Source: Candidatus Dormiibacterota bacterium (GTDB lineage: Bacteria > Chloroflexota > Dormibacteria > Aeolococcales > Aeolococcaceae). From it: a stretch of DNA of 64,000 nucleotides. Below, piece by piece: positions 17,282 through 25,600 of this stretch; positions within the stretch are counted from its first letter, which is position 1, and each line of letters opens with the position of its first letter. Made by a program: the position numbers and the translations under genes. The stretch spans positions 10,513 to 74,512 of the forward strand of contig PLWW01000109.1 in assembly GCA_003153125.1 (NCBI GenBank), given 5' to 3'. The notes beneath the pieces were generated by a model. The model saw nothing but the letters and a program-made list of their open reading frames with translations. It did not search any database and was not told the DNA's origin.

Positions 17282-18502
17282 TCAGACGCCCGAGCCGGTC
17301 CACTCCGGACGGCGCCACGGCTCGGCGGCGAACGATGTCCGCACCGCGTCACGGATGGCAGCGTCAGCGATGATGTCGGCGCCGGTGAGGGCCAGCGCCG
17401 CCGCACCGCGCAGCATCACGTCGTGCGCGTGCTCGGTCGCCGCTGCCTCGCGGAACTCGTGGGTGTGGCAGGACACTCCCTCGTGGATGATCGCCACCTC
17501 CGGGTGGATGGTGGGGCACGCGTAGGAGACGTCGCCGACGTCGGTGGACCCGACCCGGGCCCACGGCGCGGAGACCTCCGGGGCCAGGCCCACCTCCTCG
17601 AGATGGAGGTGGCCGCGCTCCGCAAGAACCCTGTTGGAGCGGAGGTCCTTGTAGGTGTTCTCCTGCACCAGCTCCAGCGAGCAGCCCGTCGCGGCTGCGG
17701 CGGCCTCAAAGATGGCCCGGAAGTGGACGTTCATCTCGTCGAGGTAGGCGGCCTCCCGGGCCCTTGTGAGGAATTCGCCACTGGTGCGCTCCGGGATGAT
17801 GTTCGGGGCCGTGCCCCCCTCGGCGATGAAACCATGGACGCGGGTACCGTCCAGCAACCGCTGGCGCCACATCGCGATCCCGGTGTAGGCATGCACGAAG
17901 GCATCGAGCGCGTTCAACCCCTTGTCGGGGTCGCCGGCGGCGTGGGCCGCGCGGCCGGTGAACGCCCAGCGCCAGTGCGTGCAGGCGAGGGCCCACATGA
18001 CCGACATGGTGCGGTCGGCGGGGTGGAGGATGAGGGCGGCATCGCAGTCGTCGAACACACCGTCGGCGACGAGTGGGATCTTGCCCCCGCCGCCCTCCTC
18101 GGCCGGGCTCCCCACCACTCGCACCTGGCCCTGGATGCCAGCCTCGCGAAGAGCGCGCAACAGCGCGATCCCAGCGGCGGCGGACGCGGTGCCGATGAGG
18201 TTGTGGCCGCAGGCGTGGCCCATGCCGCGGAGGGCGTCGTACTCGCACACGAAGGCCACGCGCGGACCACCTTCACCGCTGGCCGCGTCGGCGATGAACG
18301 CGGTTGCCATTCCGGACACATCGCGCCGCACCTCGAAGCCGTTGGAGATGAGGAGTCCACAGAGCGTGGCGCAGGCGCGGGTCTCCTCGAACGCCGTCTC
18401 CGGGTGCGAGTGGATGTCAAGCGAGACGTGACGAAGGTCGAGGCGTTGCTCGTTGAGCACTGCCTGCACGCGGGCGGCGATCGAATCGGTGGCGATCGAC
18501 AT
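17282..18502 (-). CDS. M20-family amidohydrolase (peptidase M20D-like)
   Basis: 'DIHSHPETAFEE', 'YDALRGMGHACGHNLI', 'GSPAEEGGGGK' and 'HEFREAAATEHAHDVM'. ATG 18502 is preceded by GAGGAGG 8 nt upstream. The track ORF to 19117 is an out-of-frame extension through the WYL gene. Confidence 0.8.
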   Translation of the reverse strand: MSIATDSIAARVQAVLNEQRLDLRHVSLDIHSHPETAFEETRACATLCGLLISNGFEVRRDVSGMATAFIADAASGEGGPRVAFVCEYDALRGMGHACGHNLIGTASAAAGIALLRALREAGIQGQVRVVGSPAEEGGGGKIPLVADGVFDDCDAALILHPADRTMSVMWALACTHWRWAFTGRAAHAAGDPDKGLNALDAFVHAYTGIAMWRQRLLDGTRVHGFIAEGGTAPNIIPERTSGEFLTRAREAAYLDEMNVHFRAIFEAAAAATGCSLELVQENTYKDLRSNRVLAERGHLHLEEVGLAPEVSAPWARVGSTDVGDVSYACPTIHPEVAIIHEGVSCHTHEFREAAATEHAHDVMLRGAAALALTGADIIADAAIRDAVRTSFAAEPWRRPEWTGSGV

Positions 18503-18587
18503 GTGATGACCTCCTCGGAACCGCGGCATTGTGGCAGGACATACCAGATGACCTGACGCCAACAACCCGTCGGTGCTGGTCGCGCTC

Positions 18588-19565
18588 TCAGCTCGCAGGG
18601 TAGCGCTGTGCGCCACGGCGCAGCGCATCGGCGACGTGCTCTCGTAACGATGGCGGCGCGATGACCTCGACGGAGCCGCCCCAACCCAGTACCCACGAGC
18701 GCATCTCCACCTCGCTGGCGACGGCGATGCGCGCCTCGATGTCGCCGGCCTCGAGGTCGGTGATGGCGGCACCACGATGCCACAGTGCCTCGCGCGCACG
18801 CTCCGCGATGGCCGCGTCGAAGCGGAGCACCACGTCGTCCTGGCCGAGCGCCTGCCAGATTCCCCACGACCCGCTGACGATGGCGTCGATGTCGAAGTCC
18901 TCGGGGACGGTGAACGTGCCGGCCAGGAGGCGCGCCTCGCGGACGCGGTCGATGCGGAACGGGCGGACCTCGCCGGACAGCTCGTCGTGCGCAAAGATGT
19001 AGAGCGTGCGGCTCTCGGCACGCGGCTCGAGGAAATAGGGATGCAGAACGCGCCGCGTCTCCCGGCCCTCCGCGTCCCGGTAGGCGACCTCGACGCACTG
19101 ACGGCGCACGAATGCATCGACGATCACCCGCTCGACCTCGTGGCGCGCGCTCCGCGCCGGGCGCCGTTCGGACGCAGCGATCAACCCCTGCAGGTAACGC
19201 GTCACCACCGGCACGCTGAGCGCCCGCGCCAGCTGGGCGAGGGCCCCGATCAGCGCCGGCTCCTGTTCGAACCGCATCTGCTGCAACGCGCGGACGGCGA
19301 GGAGCAACTCAGTCGCCTGGTAGTGGTCCAGCTGCATGGCCGGCAACCGGCTGCGTGAACCGATGCGGAACCGCCCGTCCACCTCTTCGATGTCGATCCC
19401 AGCGCTGTCGCGCAGCGTGCTGATGTAGCGCTGCACGGTGCGCGTGGTCACCTCGAGCTCATCGGCGAGCTGGCGCGTGGTGAGGCCCGTCTGCGTGTCC
19501 GAGAGGCGCTGGAACAGCTGGATGACGCGGAGAAACTTCTCTCCGCTCTCGTATCGCTGGGTCAT
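18588..19565 (-). CDS. HTH + WYL domain transcriptional regulator (YafY/PafBC-like)
   Basis: N-terminal HTH 'LTTRQLADELEVTTRTVQRYISTL', central WYL-type 'VEVAYRDAEGRETRRVLHPYFLE...LYIFAHDELSGEVRPFRIDRV', and a C-terminal extension. Confidence 0.8.
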   Translation of the reverse strand: MTQRYESGEKFLRVIQLFQRLSDTQTGLTTRQLADELEVTTRTVQRYISTLRDSAGIDIEEVDGRFRIGSRSRLPAMQLDHYQATELLLAVRALQQMRFEQEPALIGALAQLARALSVPVVTRYLQGLIAASERRPARSARHEVERVIVDAFVRRQCVEVAYRDAEGRETRRVLHPYFLEPRAESRTLYIFAHDELSGEVRPFRIDRVREARLLAGTFTVPEDFDIDAIVSGSWGIWQALGQDDVVLRFDAAIAERAREALWHRGAAITDLEAGDIEARIAVASEVEMRSWVLGWGGSVEVIAPPSLREHVADALRRGAQRYPAS

Positions 19566-19571
19566 CGGCGC

Positions 19572-20240
19572 TCAGGTGAGGATGTTGACCGCGCGGCCGG
19601 CGACGAGCGCGACCGTGAGCAGCGACGCCAGGCACTGGATGCCCATGAGCAGCTTGGCCTTGCGCGTCAGCGGCATGGTGTCGGTCGGACTGAAGGCGGT
19701 GGCGTTGGTGAGTGAGACATAGAGATAATCGAGGAAGGTGGCGCGCCAATCGGCGGGGGCCTTGCCCTTCAGGTTCATCTGGGGGAAGAGAAAGTCCGGG
19801 TACGGAGAGCGCCCGCCCAGACGCGCGGCGGGACCGCCGCTGTCAAGCTCCCAATACCAAAGCCCGAAGATGATCACGTTGGTGAGATAGATCTCGATCG
19901 CTGCGAACAGCAGCGTGCGCCCGCCGATGTGCGATCCGCTGGTCAGCAGATGGAGGAGCAGCGCCAGCGAGGCGACGTTGCCGATGTTGGCGAGGATGAT
20001 GAGCACGATGGCAGCCATCCTGCTTTTGCCGGACTCCCCGGCATTCCGATGGGGACGGGTCAGGGTCAGCGGGATGAGGATTGCCGCCTCGAGCGCGGGC
20101 AGGACCCATGACGGTCCAAGCACCAGCGAGTCCGGAAGCGTCACATAGAGAGCGATGGCGCCGACAACGGCCAGCGTTGCCGGCCAGCGCGGTTCGAGCA
20201 GAGTCGTGGGCGCAGACTGCGCAACAGCGGCCTCAGGCAT
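19572..20240 (-). CDS. DUF1345-like integral membrane protein
   Basis: Multiple TM helices and 'FLDYLYVSLTNATAFSPTDTMPLT'. ATG 20240 ('MPEAAVAQ') was chosen because the upstream track extension is Pro/Arg-rich. It lies 6 nt upstream of the WYL gene. Confidence 0.6.
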   Translation of the reverse strand: MPEAAVAQSAPTTLLEPRWPATLAVVGAIALYVTLPDSLVLGPSWVLPALEAAILIPLTLTRPHRNAGESGKSRMAAIVLIILANIGNVASLALLLHLLTSGSHIGGRTLLFAAIEIYLTNVIIFGLWYWELDSGGPAARLGGRSPYPDFLFPQMNLKGKAPADWRATFLDYLYVSLTNATAFSPTDTMPLTRKAKLLMGIQCLASLLTVALVAGRAVNILT

Positions 20241-20295
20241 CGCCGCGACGATACTGCGGATCCGCGAGCGTGGTCGTCCGATCGACCGCCGGTGC

Positions 20296-20832
20296 TTACT
20301 CGGGTGGGCAGTCCTCGACCGCCGCCACCAGGGCGGTCGGGCAGCCGGCCGCGGCCGTTCCGGATGCGGGAAGGCGTGACAGCACCGCCTCGGAGATCCG
20401 CCTGAGGTCGGCGATGTCCTGTGCCGACAGGCCGTCGATGAGGTGAGCGCGAAGGTGCTCGACATGGCGGGGGGCGGCGGCGGCAAGCGCGGACTGGCCC
20501 TCGTCTGTCAGGACCGCCAGCCAGCCTCGTCGATCACTCGGACACGAGGAACGCGACACCCAGCCGAGGTCCACGAGGCGGCCCACCGCATGGGTGATAC
20601 GGCTCGGCGAGCTGAGGGTGGCCTCGGCCAGCTCGTTCATGCGCAGAGAGCGCTGGGGTGCCTCCGCGAGCAGCACGAGCAGCTCGTAGGCGCCGGGGGC
20701 CATCCCGGCGTCGCGCGAGAGGTCGTGGTCGAGCTGGGCGAAGAGCAGGCGGGCTGCCCTCGCGAAGGACCGCCAGGCGTGCTGCTCCTCCGCGGTGAGC
20801 CAGCGGGTGGTGGAAGTCTCAGATATTGTCAT
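20296..20832 (-). CDS. MarR-family transcriptional regulator
   Basis: The wHTH region 'LRMNELAEATLSSPSRITHAVGRLVDLGWVSRSSCPSDRRGWLAVLTDEG' is typical of MarR. Confidence 0.85.
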   Translation of the reverse strand: MTISETSTTRWLTAEEQHAWRSFARAARLLFAQLDHDLSRDAGMAPGAYELLVLLAEAPQRSLRMNELAEATLSSPSRITHAVGRLVDLGWVSRSSCPSDRRGWLAVLTDEGQSALAAAAPRHVEHLRAHLIDGLSAQDIADLRRISEAVLSRLPASGTAAAGCPTALVAAVEDCPPE

Positions 20833-20838
20833 CTAAGT

Positions 20839-20884
20839 AGTGTACTCCACGATGTTTGACATCTCAAGAACTTGGTGATAGTCT
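20839..20884. promoter_or_regulatory. Back-to-back divergent promoters (marR leftward, yceI rightward)
   Basis: Rightward promoter: TTGACA (20856-20861), 17-nt spacer, extended -10 TGATAGTCT (20876-20884). Leftward promoter: TTGAGA (20867-20862), 17-nt spacer, TACACT (20844-20839). The leftward -10 sits 6 nt before the marR ATG, so that transcript may be leaderless. Confidence 0.55.
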
Positions 20885-20896
20885 CTACAGCAACAG

Positions 20897-20908
20897 TTGA
20901 ACGTTCAA
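20897..20908. promoter_or_regulatory. Perfect 12-bp palindrome TTGAACGTTCAA (candidate MarR operator)
   Basis: Read directly from the sequence. It lies just downstream of the predicted yceI transcription start and 18 nt upstream of the yceI ATG. Confidence 0.45.
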
Positions 20909-20925
20909 AAAAGGGACCACTGGAC

Positions 20926-21495
20926 ATGACCACAACCGCTATCGCCGAGGTCGAAGTCCCCGGTTACGTCGCCGGCCGCTGGGCCATCGATCAGATCCAC
21001 TCGGACGTCTCCTTCACCGTGCGCCACATGATGGTCAGCAAGGTCCGGGGCCATTTTCGCGATTTCGAGGGTCAAGTGGTCACCGGCGCGGACCCGACCG
21101 ACTCGTCGGTCACCGCCACGATCAAGGTCGCGTCCGTCGACACCAACAACGAGGGCCGTGACAACCACGTCCGCTCGGGCGACTTCTTCGACGCCGAGAC
21201 CTACCCCACCGCCACCTACCGCTCGACGAGCGTGATCCCCGCGGACGGCGACTTCCTCGTCGACGGCGAGCTCACCCTGCGCGGCGTCACCAGGCAGGTC
21301 CCGCTGAGCCTCGAGCTCAACGGCTTCGGGCCTGACGGTTTCGGGGGCACGCGCGCCGGCTTCACCGCCCACGCCCAGATCAACCGCAACGACTTCGGCG
21401 TCAGCTTCGGCGGCGTCAACAACGGCGTTGTCGTGCTCGGCGACACCATCGACCTCACGATCGACATCGAGGCCATCCTCCAGCCGGCGGCCTGA
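20926..21495 (+). CDS. YceI-family periplasmic/lipid-binding protein
   Basis: 'WAIDQIHSDVSFTVRHMMVSKVRGHFRDFEG', 'SVDTNNEGRDNHVRSGDFFD' and 'LTLRGVTRQV' are YceI-like motifs. Confidence 0.8.
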   Translation: MTTTAIAEVEVPGYVAGRWAIDQIHSDVSFTVRHMMVSKVRGHFRDFEGQVVTGADPTDSSVTATIKVASVDTNNEGRDNHVRSGDFFDAETYPTATYRSTSVIPADGDFLVDGELTLRGVTRQVPLSLELNGFGPDGFGGTRAGFTAHAQINRNDFGVSFGGVNNGVVVLGDTIDLTIDIEAILQPAA

Positions 21496-21512
21496 CCCGA
21501 AACTCCCCTCAC

Positions 21513-21548
21513 AGAGGGCCGGCGACACACTGGTGTCGCCGGCCCTCT
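21513..21548 (+). terminator. Strong 15-bp GC-rich hairpin after yceI
   Basis: AGAGGGCCGGCGACA-cactgg-TGTCGCCGGCCCTCT, followed by CTATCTT (a weak T-tract). Confidence 0.6.
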
Positions 21549-21751
21549 CTATCTTCCGGGACATGATCCAGCACACCGCTCCGGGCATCGACCGCCCCGC
21601 CCCCGGTCACTACCAGGGCAGGCTCACAGCCGTCCTCGGCCACCGGCCACCGCCGCCACCAGCGCCTGCGCCGCAGTCGGCTGCGCCGCCGCGAGGCGCG
21701 CAGTCGAGGCACAGGCACAAGCGCCGTACCCGTCAGCTATCTCTCCCGCTG

Positions 21752-21774
21752 GCCCCGACGTGCGCGGTCGGGGC
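21752..21774 (-). terminator. 8-bp hairpin immediately after the DinB-like gene stop
   Basis: GCCCCGAC-gtgcgcg-GTCGGGGC, with no U-tract. Confidence 0.3.
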
Positions 21775-21776
21775 GC

Positions 21777-22604
21777 TCAGGGCACCACGTTGATGGCAGT
21801 CAGCACGGAGGCCGCGTCGCCGGCGTCGCCGTCCACCTCGATGACCCCGGCGGCGATGGCCTCCGCGGGCGCCCGCCGGCCGGACCCGACGCGCAGGAAT
21901 GCGGCGGGGGAGGCGCGAAGGTGCAGCGCCGCCTTCCCCGCCGCGGCATCGACCGCGTGGCCGCGGCCCTCCCGGACCACGGCCGACGCCGATCGCGGCA
22001 GCGGCTCGGTGATCTCCACGGTGACCATGCCTCCCTCTGCGATCCCGCCCTTGGCGACGGCTCGCGGGAGGAGCGACAACATCTCGTCGAGGACGCGCTG
22101 TGAGGCGGGGTTGTCCACCGCCAAGGGCAGCTCGAGCGCCTCGGTGATGTCCATGTCGTGGACCACAAAGTCCCACAGCCGCACACCCAGGAACCGGCCC
22201 TGCGGGATCGTCCCACCGCGCGGTGACGGCACCTCTTCCGCGAGCTGGTTCTCGTCGAGTGCGCGCAGCTGGGCGAGCCGCAGGGCGGTCACCTCACGGA
22301 ACTCGGCCAGCACAGCCGCACCCGGCCAGCCTCGGCGCCGGTCGACGAGGCGCTCGTTGAGCGCGCCGAGAGGGTTGCGAACGTGCTGGGCAGCCGGTGG
22401 TTCGTGGTGCTCTTCGTACCGGCCGAGGAGCATGGCGTCGAGCGAGCCCAGGTGAGCGACGACGTCCTGGATGTCCCACCCCGGCAGCGCTGTGGGCCGG
22501 TGCCAGCCCGCCTCGTCGATGGCTGTGCACATCGCCTCGATGCGCGCGCAGCAGCCGGCGATGGCCTCGATCGTGGCCGCCTCGCTGTTGGTCATTCCGG
22601 GCAC
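21777..22604 (-). CDS. DinB/maleylpyruvate-isomerase-N-terminal (mycothiol-dependent enzyme family) protein with SCP2-like C-terminus
   Basis: 'WHRPTALPGWDIQDVVAHLGSLDAMLLG' and 'LWDFVVHDMDITEAL' match the MDMPI_N/DinB_2 metal-binding pattern. Confidence 0.7.
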   Translation of the reverse strand: MPGMTNSEAATIEAIAGCCARIEAMCTAIDEAGWHRPTALPGWDIQDVVAHLGSLDAMLLGRYEEHHEPPAAQHVRNPLGALNERLVDRRRGWPGAAVLAEFREVTALRLAQLRALDENQLAEEVPSPRGGTIPQGRFLGVRLWDFVVHDMDITEALELPLAVDNPASQRVLDEMLSLLPRAVAKGGIAEGGMVTVEITEPLPRSASAVVREGRGHAVDAAAGKAALHLRASPAAFLRVGSGRRAPAEAIAAGVIEVDGDAGDAASVLTAINVVP

Positions 22605-22690
22605 CTCCTGACGCTGACGGGAACCGTCCGCAGCCTAGCGAAGCCGGTCGCGGCGCCGAGGCACTCACCCGGTGCGGGATCATCGTCCGC

Positions 22691-25600
22691 ATGGAGTCGC
22701 TGACACTCTTCTCTGCCGCGGCGCGACGGTGGTTCAGCGACGCCCTCGGAGAGCCGACCGAGGTGCAGGCCCGCGGATGGCCGGAGATCGCAGCCGGCCG
22801 GCACGCGCTGCTCTGCGCCCCCACCGGCAGCGGCAAGACGCTTGCGGCCTTCCTCTGGTTCGTCGACAGCCTCGGCCGTTGCCCGCTTCCCGCGGAGGCC
22901 GGGCGCTGCCGGGTGCTCTACATCTCCCCGCTGAAGGCGCTGACCGTCGACGTGGAGCGCAACCTGCGCGCCCCGTTGCGTGGCATCGCCCTGGAGGCCG
23001 AGCGCCGCGGCGAACCGTTCACCGAGGTGCGCACCGCCGTGCGCAGCGGCGACACTCCCTCGGCTGAGCGTCGCGACATGGTGCGCCATCCCCCCGACAT
23101 CCTGATCACCACCCCGGAGTCGCTCTTCCTCCTGCTCACCAGCGCCGCCCGCGACACCCTGCGCAGCGTCACCACCGTGATCGTCGACGAGATCCACGCC
23201 CTGGCCGGCACCAAGCGGGGCGCCCACCTCGCGCTCAGCCTCGAGCGTCTCTGCGCCATCACCGAACGCGACCCCCAGCGCATCGGGCTGTCGGCGACGC
23301 AGCGCCCACTCAGCGAGGTGGCCCGGTTCCTCGGGGGCGGGGCCCGTGATGTGTCCATCGTCGACGCCGGTGTGCGCAAGCCGATGGAGCTGACGATCGA
23401 GGTCCCGGTCGATGACATGAGCGACCTCGACTCCGGCGCGCCACGTGGCGGCGACGCATCGGCCTCCCCGGCGCCGCGACGGAGCATCTGGCCCGCCATC
23501 ACCCCACGCCTGCTCGAGCTGATCCGCGCCCACCACTCGACCATCGTGTTCGTCAACTCGCGACGTCTCGCCGAGCGGCTCAGCGGGCAGCTCAACGACC
23601 TCGCCGGAGAGGACCTGGTGCGCGCCCACCACGGCTCCATCGCCCGCGAGCAGCGCACCGTGGCCGAGGAGATGCTCAAGGAGGGCCGGCTCCCCGCGAT
23701 CGTGGCCACCTCCTCACTCGAGCTTGGCATCGACATGGGCGCGGTCGACCTCGTCATCCAGGTCGGCTCACCGACCACGGTGGCGTCCGGGCTGCAGCGC
23801 ATCGGCCGCGCCGGTCACAGCGTCGGGGAGGCCTCGCGAGGCACCATCTTCCCCACCCATCGCGCCGACCTCGTGGAGGCGGCGGCGATCGCCGAGCGCA
23901 TGCTCGACGGCGCCATCGAGGAGACGCGCGTGCCGCGCAACCCACTCGACGTGCTCGCGCAGCAGATTGTGGCCATGGTGGCGCTGGACACATGGGACGT
24001 GGACGAGCTGCAGCGCACCGTGACCCGCGCCTACCCGTTCTCCGACCTCACCCGGCGCGCCTTCGAGGCCACCCTCGACATGCTCGACGGCCGCTACCCG
24101 TCCGAGGAGTTCGCCGAGCTCCGCGCGCGCATCGCCTGGGACAGGGTGGCGGGCACGGTGCGCGGCCGCGCCGGCGCGCAGCGGCTGGCGGTCACCAGCG
24201 GCGGCACCATTCCCGACCGCGGCCTCTACAGCGTCAACATCTTCGAGGATGGTCGCCGCGTCGGCGAGCTCGACGAGGAGATGGTCTACGAACTGCGCCC
24301 CGGCGAGGTCTTCATCCTCGGCGCCACCAGCTGGCGCTGCGTGGAGATCACCCCGCAGCAGGTTCTCGTGCTGCCGGCGCCGGGCGAACCCGGCAAGGTC
24401 GCCTTCTGGCACGGCGATTCCGTCGGGCGCCCCTACGAGGTCGGAGCCGCGGTGGGCGCCATGGTGCGCGAGCTGGTCGACGGCGACGACGCCGCCGCGG
24501 TCGCCCGCCTCCGCTCGCGCGCCGGGCTCGACGAAAGAGCGGCGCGCAACCTCATCGACCACCTCGCCGACCAGGCCCAGGCGACGGGGGCCGTGCCCGA
24601 CGACCGCACCATCGTCGTCGAGCGCTTCCGCGACCAACTCGGTGACTGGCGCCTCTGCGTGCTCACGCCGTTCGGCGCGCGGGTGCACGCACCGTGGTCG
24701 CTGGTTGCGGCGCAGCGCATTCGCGACGTCATCGGCTCCGACGTGCAGGCCATCCACAGCGACGACGGCTTCGCTCTGCGCATCGCCGACGCCGACCATC
24801 TCCCTGACGCGGCAAGTCTTTTCCTCGATCCCGACGAGGTCGTCGCCGACGTCACCGAGCAACTCGATGGCAGCGCCATGTTTGCGTCCCGCTTCCGCGA
24901 GAACGCGGCGCGAGCGCTGCTGCTGCCCCGGCGCAGGCCCGGACAGCGCACCCCATTGTGGCAGCAGCGTCAGCGCAGCGCGGGGCTGCTCCAGGTCGTC
25001 TCCCGCCACCCCTCCTTCCCGATCCTCGTGGAGACGTACCGCGAGTGCCTGCGTGACGTCTTCGACCTCGAGTCGCTGGCGAGAATCATGCGTGCTGTCC
25101 GCGCCCGCCAGATACGCGTCGTCGAGGTGGAGACGGCGCAACCGTCGCCCGTGGCCGCCGCGCTTCTCTTCGAATACATCGCCCAGTACATGTACGACGG
25201 CGACGCGCCGCTCGCGGAACGCCGCGCCCACGCGCTCAGCCTGGACCGCGACCTCCTCGCCGAGCTCCTCGGCAGCGACGACCTGCGCGAACTCCTCGAC
25301 GCCGACGCCATCGGCGCCCTCGAGCTCGAACTGCAGCGTCTCGACTCGCGCACGCCGCCGCGGGACCCCGACGAGGCTCTCGACGTCCTCCGTGCGATCG
25401 GCGATCTCTCCGCCTCGGAGGCCGCGGCCCGCGGGGTCACAGCGGAGTGGGTCGACGAGCTCGTGGCGCGCCGGCGCGCACTGAGCGTGAACCTCGCCGG
25501 TGAACCTCGCGTCATCGCGGCCGACGACGCGGGGCGCTACCGGGACGCGCTGGGAGTGGCGCTCCCGCCCGGACTGGCCTCCGCTCACCTGGTGTCCACA

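Noticed and set aside
17282-19117. N-terminal extensions of track ORFs. Examples: 17282-19117, 41161-43170, 41194-43035, 48476-51019, 10408-12855, 6874-8337, 36406-39273, 22397-27055 and 53131-54696.
   Set aside because: The extended parts overlap neighbouring genuine genes in other frames and are low-complexity. Internal ATG/GTG starts with an SD, a -10 element or a 4-nt stop/start overlap give proteins with normal family N-termini.
22605-22690. A promoter or operator for the divergent DinB-like and lhr genes.
   Set aside because: I could not identify a convincing -35/-10 pair or palindrome in the 86-bp spacer.
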